Shown here: one piece after another, positions 1 to 11,860 of the stretch
Numbering within the stretch: position 1 is the stretch's first letter
Layout of the letters: the number at the start of each line of letters is the position of its first letter
NCBI GenBank assembly: GCA_964016885.1
Contig: OZ024762.1
Location: 19,530,001-19,594,000, forward strand
From: Eledone cirrhosa
Taxonomy: Eukaryota
Length of the DNA: 64,000 nucleotides
Direction: 5' to 3'
Notes under the pieces: model-generated
The model's input: only the letters and a program-made list of their open reading frames with translations
What the model was told of the DNA's origin: nothing
Databases searched by the model: none
Program-made: the position numbers and the translations under genes

Positions 1-4
1 ATTT

Positions 5-60
5 ACTGCTATATATATTTCGATGATAGCCATTGAATGGCTATGACCTCATCAGGCAGT
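5..60 (-). ncRNA. Type I hammerhead ribozyme motif (family H1)
   Basis: Minus strand reads actgc-CTGATGA-ggtc atagcca ttcaa tggctat catc-GAAA-tatata-TA-gcagt. Stem I is actgc/gcagt, stem II is 3 bp + C.C + 7 bp, stem III is minimal and palindromic, cleavage triplet AUA. Confidence 0.8.
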
Positions 61-126
61 TAGTCAGTTCTTAGATATGCCAGCTCTGTGTTTATAGTAT
101 TGATGGTATCAGAGCCTTGGGACATA

Positions 127-127
<1 letters not shown>

Positions 128-190
<63 letters not shown>
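128..190. repeat. (TA)n microsatellite
   Basis: Pure TA run. Confidence 0.98.
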
Positions 191-194
<4 letters not shown>

Positions 195-205
195 CCCACA
201 CCCAC

Positions 206-430
206 CCACTGCAAAGTGGTCTTGGAGGTGCCACGGCAAAAAAGCACCCAGCCCACACTGTAAATGAGGTTGGTGTTAAGAAGGGCATCCAGCTGTAGAA
301 ATCAAACCAAAATCAGTTCCTGTATGAGCAAGACAAGGTCAGCCGACCAGACACTGCCCACAACAGGACAACCCGTTTAACCCATGCTAGCGTGGAAGAA
401 CGGACGTAAAATGGTGATGATGATGATGAT
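206..430 (+). mobile_element. 3' part of SINE family A / RTE-type tail
   Basis: ccactgcaaagtgg...ggtgccacggcaaaaaagcacc...aagggcatccagctgtagaaa...(GAT)n tail, shared with full-length copies such as 62594-62910. Confidence 0.85.
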
Positions 431-447
431 ATATATATATATATGTG

Positions 448-716
448 TACGATATTAACAAATGGAAACTATATTTATAAAACCATATTTATTTCATTAT
501 ACATATTTCAAGGACACCAAGTTAAATTATGGTGTGCTTTCATCAGATAAAATATAATATAGAGCAGTTTTATAAATAAATATTGACATACCCTTAAAGA
601 ATGCGACCATTACTGTTGGAAGCTCCCGCATTTTTACTCCAATTATTTGTTGAGTGCTTTATATCAGTTATAAAAATATTTGCTTGTTGTATCCCAACAA
701 TTTAAATAGGCCTTCT

Positions 717-718
<2 letters not shown>
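448..718 (-). mobile_element. Short hammerhead-bearing non-coding repeat (family H2; Penelope-like/retrozyme-type), flanked by (TA)n
   Basis: Near-identical copies at about 36595-36780 (+) and 59862-60043 (-); contains the hammerhead at 490-554. Confidence 0.7.
490..554 (-). ncRNA. Type I hammerhead ribozyme motif (H2)
   Basis: tattttat-CTGATGA-aag c acacca [taatttaact] tggtgt c ctt-GAAA-tatgta-TA-atgaaata; stem I is 8 bp with one G.U. Confidence 0.8.
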
Positions 719-774
<56 letters not shown>

Positions 775-1062
775 TGCTGTCAATAAAAAAGAAACACACA
801 CACACACCTGTTGGTTTTCATTTCAGTATCTGTTTCAACACGCGTTTTCAGATAAGAAATCTTGCAAAACAAATTAAAAAACGAAGTGTATATATATATA
901 TAATACCTTTTCTGTATATAATGGGATTAATATATAGAAGCTAGTAGCTTTCTGTTTCATCATATTGGGAAAAAGAGAGAAAAAAAAGTTTATCTCATTT
1001 ACATTTTGAGTAAATAGAAACATTAAGACTTATATGTTGTCAGCAATTTAATTTGACCAACA

Positions 1063-2090
1063 TTAGTTGGTGTTGGTGGTGGTGGGGTTGTTACTGGTGT
1101 TGGTGGTGGTGGGGTTGTTACTGTTGTTGGTGTTGGTGTTGGTACTGTTGTTGGTGGTGGTGGTGGTGTTACTGGTGTTGGTGTTGGTGGTGGTGGGGTT
1201 GTTGGTGTTGGTGGTGGTGTTGGTGGTGTTGTTGTTATTGTTGTTGGTGGTGGTGGTGTTGGTGTTGGTGGTGGTGTTGTTGTTATTGTTGTTGGTGTTG
1301 GTGGTGGTGGGGTTGTTACTGTTGTTGGTGTTGGTGTTGCTACTGTTGTTGGTGTTCTTGTTGGTGGTGTTGTTGTCATTGGTGGTGCTGTTCTTGATAC
1401 TGATGTTGGTGGTGGTGGTGGTGTTGATGTTGCTACTGTTGTTGTTAATGTTATCTTTCCTCTTCACATTGTTTTAAGTACACTTTCATTCCTTTGCCGA
1501 GCGAGCGTTTAGGATCAAAATGGTGATAATGGTGGTGGTGGGGGTGATAATGGTGGTGGCGGGGGTGATAATGGTGGTGGCGGGGGTGATGATGTGGGTG
1601 GTGATGGTGGTGGTGGTGATAATGGTGGTGATGGTGGTGGTGATAATGATGGTGATGGTGATAGTGTTGGTGATGATGATGGTGGTTGTGGCAAAGAGTG
1701 GGTGGGTGGTGTGGTTTAGTGATGATAATGATTATAAAGATGGTGGTGGTGGTGATGATAATGGTATTGGTTGTGGTGGTGGTGGTGGTGAGAGTGGTGG
1801 TAGTAATGGTGGTGGTGGTGATGAGTGATGGTGATGATGATGATAGTAGTTCTGGTGGTGGTGATGGTGATAGTGGTGGTGATGGTGATGGTGATAATAT
1901 TGATGATTATAGTGGTTGTGATGGTGATGGTGATAATATTGATGATTATAGTGGTTGTGATGGTGGTGGTGGTGGTGGTGATGATAATATCGGTGATGAT
2001 TATAGTGGTGGTGGTGGTGATACTGGCGACGGTGGTGGTGATGATGATGATAGCTATTGCTGCTGTTGGTAGTGATGATGATGATGGTGT
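1063..2090. repeat. Degenerate (GGT/GTT/GAT)n trinucleotide low-complexity tracts
   Basis: Two blocks, 1063-1450 and 1520-2090, of triplet repeats. Confidence 0.95.
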
Positions 2091-2249
2091 GTGTTGGTTG
2101 TGGGTGATTCTATCTTTTGTTTCTGAAATATATTTTAGTCAGCAATTGAATTAATCAATTGATCACAAACTTTTAGAGGAAAAAATCGTTTATTGGAAAT
2201 TCCACTGGTGAATCTGATCACAACATGAAAGAGAGAGGGAGGGGGAGAC

Positions 2250-2578
2250 ACACACACACAGTCACACACTCATACAGAGACACATATATGCACATACATA
2301 CATATATACACACAAACACTGATATACACACACACACACACACAGACATATACTGATCTACCCACTTGCATATGTGTACACATAGAATTATGCACACACA
2401 CACATATGCACATACATAAGCACACACAGGCACACGCACATAGCTACACCCACTTACAGCTACATACATATGCACACACACACACACACACACTCATAGC
2501 TACATGGTACACATATATATACACACGGGCTGATGCTTATTTACACACACACATATATATATATATATATGTATATAT

Positions 2579-2626
<48 letters not shown>

Positions 2627-2893
2627 GTAATTTATACACACATATATATATATATATGTATATATACACACACACATATATATATATATATGTATATATA
2701 CACACACATGTATGTATGTATAAATACACACACATATATAGATATATATATACACACACATATATATATGTATATATACACACACATATATATATGTATA
2801 TATACACACATATATATATATATGTATATACACATACACACACATATATATATATATATACACTCACACATATATATATATATATGTATATAT

Positions 2894-2950
<57 letters not shown>

Positions 2951-3010
2951 TATATATATGTATATATACACACACATATATATATATATATGTATATATA
3001 CACACACATA

Positions 3011-3052
<42 letters not shown>

Positions 3053-3097
3053 ATGGAATACTGTTAGTTTCTCGCTAAAACAATTTCTATACCTTTC

Positions 3098-3145
<48 letters not shown>

Positions 3146-3400
3146 ACATACACACACACACATATATATATGTCTCTATATATATATATATACACACACA
3201 CAGCAATATGTTGAAACAAAGACATTTAGGAAATGATTACATGGATGAAAAATATTCAGATAATAAAAACTTTTGATTTAAGTTTAACAAATATATATTT
3301 TTTCTTTTTTAAATAATAGACAATCTTCCCTCCCCCGACCACTGTGCCCCTCTCTCTTTTCCATGTATATATATATACACACATATATATATATATATGA

Positions 3401-3439
<39 letters not shown>

Positions 3440-3447
3440 TTTATATA

Positions 3448-3488
<41 letters not shown>

Positions 3489-3771
3489 GTATATATATAT
3501 ATATATGAATTTATATATATATATATATATATATATTGTATATATATATATGTGTGTGTATATATATATGTATGAATTTACATATATATATATATATATG
3601 AATTTACATATATATATATATATGAATTTATATATATATATATATATATATATGAATTTATATATATTTATATATATATATATATTTAGCAATTTATATA
3701 TGTATATATATATATATATATGAATTTATATATATATATATATATATATATTGTATATATATATATATGTT

Positions 3772-3823
<52 letters not shown>

Positions 3824-3898
3824 CATATAGATTATGCATAATTATAAAAACATGGCTGTTTGTATAATGTATAAATTATCTTTCTCTCTCTCTCTCTC

Positions 3899-3945
<47 letters not shown>

Positions 3946-4393
3946 TTATATATATTTATATATGTATATACATGTAGGTATGTATGTATTGTCTATCTCA
4001 TTGCTTTGAGAGCTTTTATGACATGGATACACACACATACATATATATATATATATACACACATATATATATATATAGATATACACACACATATATATAT
4101 ATATACACACACACATATATATATATACATACATACATACACACATATATATATATACACACACATATATACATACATACGTACCTACATATATATATAG
4201 ATATACGCACACATATACATACATACGTACCTACATATATATATATACACACATATATACATACGTGCCTACATATATATAAATATACACACATATATAC
4301 ATACATACCTACATATATATATATATATATACACATATATACATACATACGTACCTACATATATATACACACATATATACATACATACGTACC

Positions 4394-4425
<32 letters not shown>

Positions 4426-5730
4426 CGCACACATATATACATACATACGTACCTACATATATATATATACACACATATATACATACGTACCTACATATAT
4501 ATATATATATACACACATATATACATACGTACCTACATATATATATATATACACATATATACATACATACGTACCTACATATATATATACACATATATAC
4601 ATACATACGTACCTACATATATATATATATACACAAACATATATACATACATACCTACATATATATATACACACATATATACATATGTACCTACATATAT
4701 ATATATACACACACATATATACATACATACCTACATATATATACACACACATATATACATACATACGTACCTACATATATATATACACACACACATGTAT
4801 ACATACATATCTACATACATATATATATATATATACACATACATACATACGTACCTACATATATATATATATACACACATATATACATACATACGTACCT
4901 ACATATATATACACACACATATATACATACATACGTACCTACATATATATATACACAAACATATATACATACATACCTACATATATATATATACACACAT
5001 GTATACATACATACATATATATATATATATACACACACATATATACATACGTACCTACATATATATGTGTGTGTGAATGTGTAGCTTTCAGAAATTCTTC
5101 AAGGAAGAAATTTAGTCAAAGCTGTTAAAGAAATCTTTTCTAATAGAGATAAAAAAATAAAGGTTTACATCATTTTTAATAAAGGATATGTGTATATATA
5201 TATATATATGTGTGTGTGTATATATATATATATACACACACACATATGTAAGCAGGCTTGGATATGTGTGTGTATATATACATATCTTCATGAATGTGTT
5301 AGTGTGTGTGTGTATATATACACACATATGTAAGCAGGCTTGGATATGTGTGTGTATATATACATATCTTCATGAATGTGTTAGTGTGTGTGTGTATATA
5401 TACACACATATGTAAGCAGGCTTGGATATGCGTGTGTGTATGTATATATATATATATATATATATAAAAACACATGTACACACAAACAAATGTATATATA
5501 TATATATATAAACACATGTACACACAAACAAATGTATATATATATATATATAAACACATGTACACACAAACAAATGTATATATATATATATATACATTTG
5601 TTTGTGTGTGTATATATATATATATATATATACACACACAAACAAATGTATATATATATATATATATATATACATGCACACACACACACACAGACACACA
5701 CACACACACACACATACATGCATACATACA
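2250..5730. repeat. Compound (TA)n/(CA)n microsatellite field with higher-order units (catacgtacctacat; ~82-bp gtaagcaggcttggat unit at 5240-5430)
   Basis: Direct reading. Confidence 0.95.
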
Positions 5731-6214
5731 CTTTTATAGGCTAAAACTTCAGAGAAACTTCTATAAGATAAATTATGAAATATAAAATCTGTCGGAGGAA
5801 TGTATATTACTGATCAACTACATGCTCATCAGGCTGGTGCTTTTCCTTGGTTTCCTTGGCAACAGAGACTCTTCCTGGATAGGACACCAGTTTATCACAG
5901 GTTTAACTCCCCATTCACAGTTCCTGGACCCTAACCCTATGTCCCCATAAATAGTTATTTCTCCAAAGTCACTCATATGTTTAATCCCATATGTCATTTA
6001 TATCACATACATAGTCAATAGCTGTGTCATTTATTTCCTAGAAATATGTGTGATGGAGTGTATATGTGTTTGTATGATGTGTATATATGCATGCGTGTGT
6101 CTGTATATATATATATATATATATTTGATGTGTGTGAGCATGTGTTTATATAACTATATATATACATATATTTCGTTTCTGAATTTGGCAACATGACCCT
6201 CCCAAAGCTTAATA

Positions 6215-6267
<53 letters not shown>

Positions 6268-6271
6268 TTAC

Positions 6272-6349
<78 letters not shown>

Positions 6350-6399
6350 ATGATGTATATATATTCATGCGTGTGTCTGTATATATATGATGTATGTGA

Positions 6400-6449
<50 letters not shown>

Positions 6450-6838
6450 CACATATATACATATTATGTGTATGTATATATATATATTATATATATTATA
6501 TATATCTATATATATATATGTGTGTTATATGTATGGAGGCACATGGCTTAGTGGTTAGAGCATTGGCCTTGCAATCGAAAAATCAATCTTCCAATTTGTG
6601 ACTAAAACCTACAGCAAACGATATAATAAAAATAAAGAAACATTTGACAACAACAACAACAACAATTTTTTAAATTATAAAATAAATAATAATAATAATA
6701 ATGATAATAATAATATTAATATTAATAATATATAAATGAATATATAAGAAAATGAATCTACCCATTTAAATAAACATTTTGAAAGAATCCATTGTAAAAA
6801 CACCTGCTGTTTAATTGCAAATGTGTGACATGCGTGAG

Positions 6839-6884
<46 letters not shown>

Positions 6885-7264
6885 TGAGTGAGGGAGTAGT
6901 TTTGTCTGTTAAGATAACTATTACTCTTTCTACCTCACCCTTTCACTGGCAATACAACTGACCCTCTCTCTCTCTCTGTATATATATCATCATCATCATC
7001 ATCAAAAGTGAGGAAGAACGAGTCATTTTCGTTGCTTCACCATCTTTATTTGTTTACACTCTCGTTTCCCCTTTATTTACGTGTCCCAACGACTTTTTTT
7101 AGCCGTTGCTCGCACCAACCGGAGGTATATGGTCTTTAAAGCGATGAAATACCAATGATGGTTGGAAGATCACTGATGAAGGACTAACTTTATTCATATG
7201 TAACCCATTTGCAACCACGCAGCACGTTTATTCTCATATTTACATATATATATATATATATATA

Positions 7265-7640
7265 CTTTTTCGCCCTAACTCTCCTGCTCTGAGCCGGTGC
7301 TACAGTAAAGCCAGAGTCCTGGTGTTTCTCCAGTGCAAGGCGCATACAATAGTCCACTACGATGATAAAAAGGTAGGGAGCCAATGTATCTCCCTGGAGC
7401 ACTCCAGCCAGTATCTCAAAGAACTCTGTCATCCCATCAGGTGTAATGACTTGGGCTTTGGTGTTGGTGTAGAGCAGTGATATCAGGTCCACTATCTTCT
7501 TGGGGATTCCATAAGCCTGTAAGATCTTCATCAGGCAGTAACGGTCCACAGAATCAAAGGCCTTCCTAAAGTCAATGAAAACCATGACCGCAGGAAGGCA
7601 CTTTGCTCTAGCTCCCTCTAATATCCTCCTCAGCATCAGG
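7265..7640 (-). pseudogene. Non-LTR retrotransposon reverse transcriptase fragment (RTE/L2-like; RT motifs 3-4), bounded by (TA)n
   Basis: ORF 7190-7708 contains FIDFRKAFDSV and GVLQGDTLAPYLFIIVVD, canonical LINE RT motifs. Confidence 0.92.
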
Positions 7641-7837
7641 ATATATATATAAAGATAGATAGATAGTAAGAGAGAGAGAGAGAGAGAGAGGGGCATTGCC
7701 AGTGCCAATCAAGTGCTGTGCTGTCTCTGCTACACTACTGACAGTTTGTCAATGTAATATTCACCATTCTTTATATCCATTTTTTAAATTTATATGTTAG
7801 TTTTTATCATCTTCTCTTTTATTTCCTATTTTACTGG

Positions 7838-8530
7838 ATGTGTATATATATGTGTGAATGTGTGTGTATATATATGTGTTTGTGTGTAAATATGTGTGTG
7901 TGTGTATATATTTATGTGTTTGGGTGTGTGTGTGTGCTTGTGTATATGCACATATGTTTGTGTGTATGTATATGTATATATGTATGTATAGATATTTATA
8001 TGTGCATGTATATATCTGTGTGTGTGCTTATAAATATGTGTGTATGTATGTGTATGTATAGATATTTATATGTGCTTGTATATATGTTTGCATATTTGTA
8101 TATGCACATATGTATATATTGATATGTGTGTGCTTGTATGTGCTTATAAATATGTGTGTATGTATGTATATGTATAGATATTTATATGCGCTTGTATATA
8201 TGTTTGCATATGTGTATATGCACATATGTATATATTGATATGTGTGTGCTTGTATGTGCTTATAAATATGTGCGTATGTATGTATATGTATAGATATTTA
8301 TTTATATGTGCTTGTATATATGTTTGCATATGTGTATATGCACATATGTATATATTGATATGTGTGTGCATGTATGTGCTTATAAATATGTGTGTATGTA
8401 TGTATATGTATAGATATTTATATGTGCTTGTATATATGTTTGCATATTTGTATATGCACATATGGATATATTGATATGTGTGTGCATGTATGTGCTTATA
8501 AATATGTGTATGTATATGTATGTATATAGT
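7838..8530. repeat. TG/TA-rich minisatellite
   Basis: Recurrent tgtgcttataaatatgtg...tagatatttatatgtgcttg unit. Confidence 0.9.
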
Positions 8531-8719
8531 TTCCATCTGTGTATCTGTGTCTCTAACATTTCAATATTTCATACAATTTCACAGCAATGTTAAGTGTTTA
8601 CAACAGAAACCACTAATGAACTATATGTCTTTATCACTTCATGTCTTTATCACTTCATGTCTTCTTATCATTTCTCGTGAGTTTTAAGATGGAGAGTATC
8701 TATGTGTTTTCATTTCACT

Positions 8720-9420
8720 GTATCTTCATCTCTTTATCTTTCCATGTCTCCATCACCTCACCATCTCATCTTACCATATCTTCATCTCACCATCTCTTTA
8801 TGCGACCATCTTTTCATTTCACCATCACTTTATCCCATCACCTCAGCATCTCACCATCTCTTCATCTCTTTATCTTTCCATGTTTCCATCTCACCATATA
8901 TTTATCCCATCCCCTCACCATCTCATCTCACCATCTCTTTATCTCACCATCTCTTTATCTCACCATCTTTTCATCTCACCATCTCTTTATCTCACCATAT
9001 CTTCATTTCACCATCTTTTCATTTCACCATCTTTTCATTTCACCATCACTTCATCTCATCATCTCTTCATCTCATCATCTCACCATCTCTTCATCTCACC
9101 ATCTCTTCATCTCATCATCTCACTATATCTTCATCTCACTATATCTTCATCTCACCATCTCTTCATCTCACTATATCTTCATCTCATCACATCATCATCT
9201 CACCATCTCTTCATCTCATCACGTTATCATCTCACCATCTCTTCATCTCACCATCTCTTCATCTCATCACGTTATCATCTCGCCATCTCTTCATCTTACC
9301 ATCTCTTCATCCCATCACCTCAACATCTCACCATCTCTTCATCTCACCATCTCTTCATCTCACCATCTCTTCATCCTTTCATCAAATCCCATCATCCTTT
9401 CATCTAATCCCATCACCCTC
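8720..9420. repeat. (CATCT/CACCATCT) low-complexity repeat
   Basis: Direct reading. Confidence 0.92.
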
Positions 9421-9499
9421 TTACTATATCTTCTTCTCGACATGACACCAGTACTAGGGAGGTTGTGGTGTATTTTATAGTTGCGCTAGTACTAGAAGT

Positions 9500-9785
9500 G
9501 GAGACATGTGGGCCTTGTGGTAAGAGTGTTTGGTTTATGACCATAATGTTGTAGGTTCTATTCCTGGGCTGGGTTGTGTGTTGTGTTCTTGAGCAAGACA
9601 CTTCATTTCAACGTTGCTCCAGTATACTCAGTTGAAAATGAGTACCAGCAATAACTGAGGGTTTAATCCTGTGATATTGACAGGTATCCTGTCCAAGGAG
9701 AGTCTTGTACTCTGAGTCACTTCATGTCACAGAAGCCAGGATTAGCGCTGACCTAATGCCACCCCGGGCTCAAGACCAACTTAGA
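9500..9785 (+). mobile_element. tRNA-derived SINE family C (tRNA head, CORE-like ttgagcaagacac block, distinct 3' body)
   Basis: A/B-box-like head, then ...cctgtgatattgacaggtatcctgtccaagg...; related fragments at 5825-5915 (-), 14835-14925 and 63570-64000. Confidence 0.7.
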
Positions 9786-9789
9786 CTAG

Positions 9790-10565
9790 CACTAGAGATA
9801 TTATCATGACCTATCTTATTGTAGCACCAGTACTAAGGAGGCCGTCATGTCATATTTTATCATGTCACCAGCACTAGGGAGGTTGTTATGTCATATTTTA
9901 TCATGTCACCAATACTAGGGAGGCCTCATATATTTTATCATGACACCAGTACTGGGGAGGTTGTCATATCATATTTTATTGAGACACCAGCACTTGGGAG
10001 GTTGTCATGTCATATTTTTATCATGTCACCAGCACTGTGGAGGCCTCATGACATATTTTATCATGTCACCAGCACTTGGGAGGTTGTCATGTCATATTTT
10101 TATCATGTCACCAGCACTGTGGAGGCCTCATGACATATTTTATCATGTCACCAGCACTGGGGAGGTTGTCATGTCATATTTTATCATGTCACCAGCACTG
10201 GGGAGGCCTCATGATATATGTTATCATGTCACCAGCACTGGGGAGGTTGTTATGTCATATTTTATCATGTCACCAATACTAGGGAGGTTGTCATGTCATA
10301 TTTTATCATGACACCAGCACTAGAGAGGTTGTCATGTCATATTTTTATCATGTCACCAGCACTGGGGAGGTTGTTATGTCATATGTTATCATGTCACCAA
10401 TACTAGGGAGGTTGTCATGTCATATTTTATCATGACACCAGCACTGGGGAGGTTGTCATGTTATATTTTATTGTGTCACCAGTACTAGGGAGGTTGTCAT
10501 GTATTTTATCATGTCACCAGTATCTTGTCATATATTTTATTGTAGCACCAGCACTGGGGAGGCCA
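9790..10565 (+). repeat. ~40-42 bp minisatellite with two alternating unit types
   Basis: catgtcaccagcactggggagg(ttgtcatg|cctcatg)...catattttat, about 18 units. Confidence 0.93.
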
Positions 10566-10743
10566 TCATTTCATCAGTTTCTCAAGTTAGAGAAAAATGT
10601 TTTGCAATTTTGAAAGATTTAGGGAGATAGATAGATAGATAGATAGAGAGTGGGGAGGGATACGTGTAGTTATTATCTCTTCTATGTATTCACAACTTTG
10701 CCATTGATATATATATATATATATATAAGTTTTAATATAGATG

Positions 10744-10794
10744 AGATTCTACAGGACTAGAACTGTTTCATTCTTTAGAAATCATCAGGAATCT
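10744..10794 (-). ncRNA. Type I hammerhead ribozyme motif (H3)
   Basis: Exact inverted copy of 10838-10888. Confidence 0.75.
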
Positions 10795-10837
10795 GGGTAT
10801 CAAAAAATAAATATGGTATTTATATTTTTTGATACCC

Positions 10838-10888
10838 AGATTCCTGATGATTTCTAAAGAATGAAACAGTTCTAGTCCTGTAGAATCT
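10838..10888 (+). ncRNA. Type I hammerhead ribozyme motif (H3)
   Basis: agattc-CTGATGA-t ttc taaa gaa t-GAAA-cag ttctagtc ctg-TA-gaatct; GUA triplet, stems I and III perfect. Confidence 0.8.
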
Positions 10889-11088
10889 CATCTATATTAA
10901 AACTTTTATACTCTGCAATGTATTGAGTACCTTACTTACTGTGGTTACCTCCGATTCAACCCGGAATAACGTATATATATATATATATATATACACACAT
11001 CAATGGCAAAGTAAGGTACTCAATACATAGCAGATTATAAATATTTAATATAGAAATGGCTTCTACATGACTTGAAGTGTTTCATTTG

Positions 11089-11140
11089 GGCTTACCTGAT
11101 GATTTCTTCCGAATGAAACAGTTCTAGTCCTGTAGAAGCC
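11089..11140 (+). ncRNA. Type I hammerhead ribozyme motif (H3 variant)
   Basis: ggctt(a)c-CTGATGA-t ttc ttcc gaa t-GAAA-cag ttctagtc ctg-TA-gaagcc; stem I covaries with the 10838 copy. Confidence 0.72.
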
Positions 11141-11145
11141 ATTTC

Positions 11146-11198
<53 letters not shown>

Positions 11199-11202
11199 TA
11201 TA

Positions 11203-11390
11203 TAATTGTTTCTACTTTTGGCGCAAGGCCAGCAATTACTCAGTACATTACTGGTACTTTATTCTATCGATACCCCGTAAGGATGAAAGGCAAAGTTAAT
11301 CTCGGCGGGATTTGAACTCAGAATGGCAAGGGCCGTAACTCTAAGCGTCAAAGCATGGCGTCTGACCCTCTACCGATACTGCCAATCCAC
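11203..11390 (-). mobile_element. tRNA-derived SINE family B (Nin/Deu-domain-like gcctttcatccttacggggtcgataaaataaagtaccag)
   Basis: Matches other copies listed below; resembles octopus OR-type SINEs (from recall, not searched). Confidence 0.85.
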
Positions 11391-11441
11391 AAAATGTTAT
11401 TCAAAATATTAATAAATGAGAAATATTCTCATAACCAAAGT

Positions 11442-11510
11442 ATATATTTTATTATACATATTTCAAAGTTGCAATGGTGTTTCAGTACGTTTTCATCAGA
11501 TAAAATATAT
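11442..11510 (-). ncRNA. Type I hammerhead motif (H2-related; stem II degenerate)
   Basis: atatattttat-CTGATGA-aaa...ttt-GAAA-tatgta-TA-ataaaatatat; 11-bp perfect stem I. Confidence 0.6.
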
Positions 11511-11569
11511 AAGTGATTGGATATGCAACATACCGCTAAGGTCTTGAATCTTCACTTTCTGTAGTGGCA

Positions 11570-11615
<46 letters not shown>

Positions 11616-11688
11616 GTGTCTATATATATATATATTATGTCACCAATATGTATATATATATATATATGTGTGTGTGTGTATATATATA

Positions 11689-11739
<51 letters not shown>

Positions 11740-11804
11740 CTGTGTCTATATATATATAGATATATATATATATATATCTGTGTCTATATATATATATATA
11801 TATC

Positions 11805-11843
<39 letters not shown>

Positions 11844-11860
11844 GTGTGTATATATATATA

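Larger units (their letters stand above)
10727..10905. repeat. ~180 bp near-perfect palindrome with a hammerhead in each arm
   Basis: 10727-10813 is the reverse complement of 10817-10905. Confidence 0.95.

Noticed and set aside
5820-5840. CTGATGAG on the minus strand (also ctgatga at 15129 and 53357)
   Set aside because: These are parts of SINE or MITE bodies or unrelated sequence, with no GAAA or stems.
7165-7205. CTGATGAAGGACTA shared with the 50976 hammerhead
   Set aside because: No closing stem II or GAAA follows; at best a truncated remnant.
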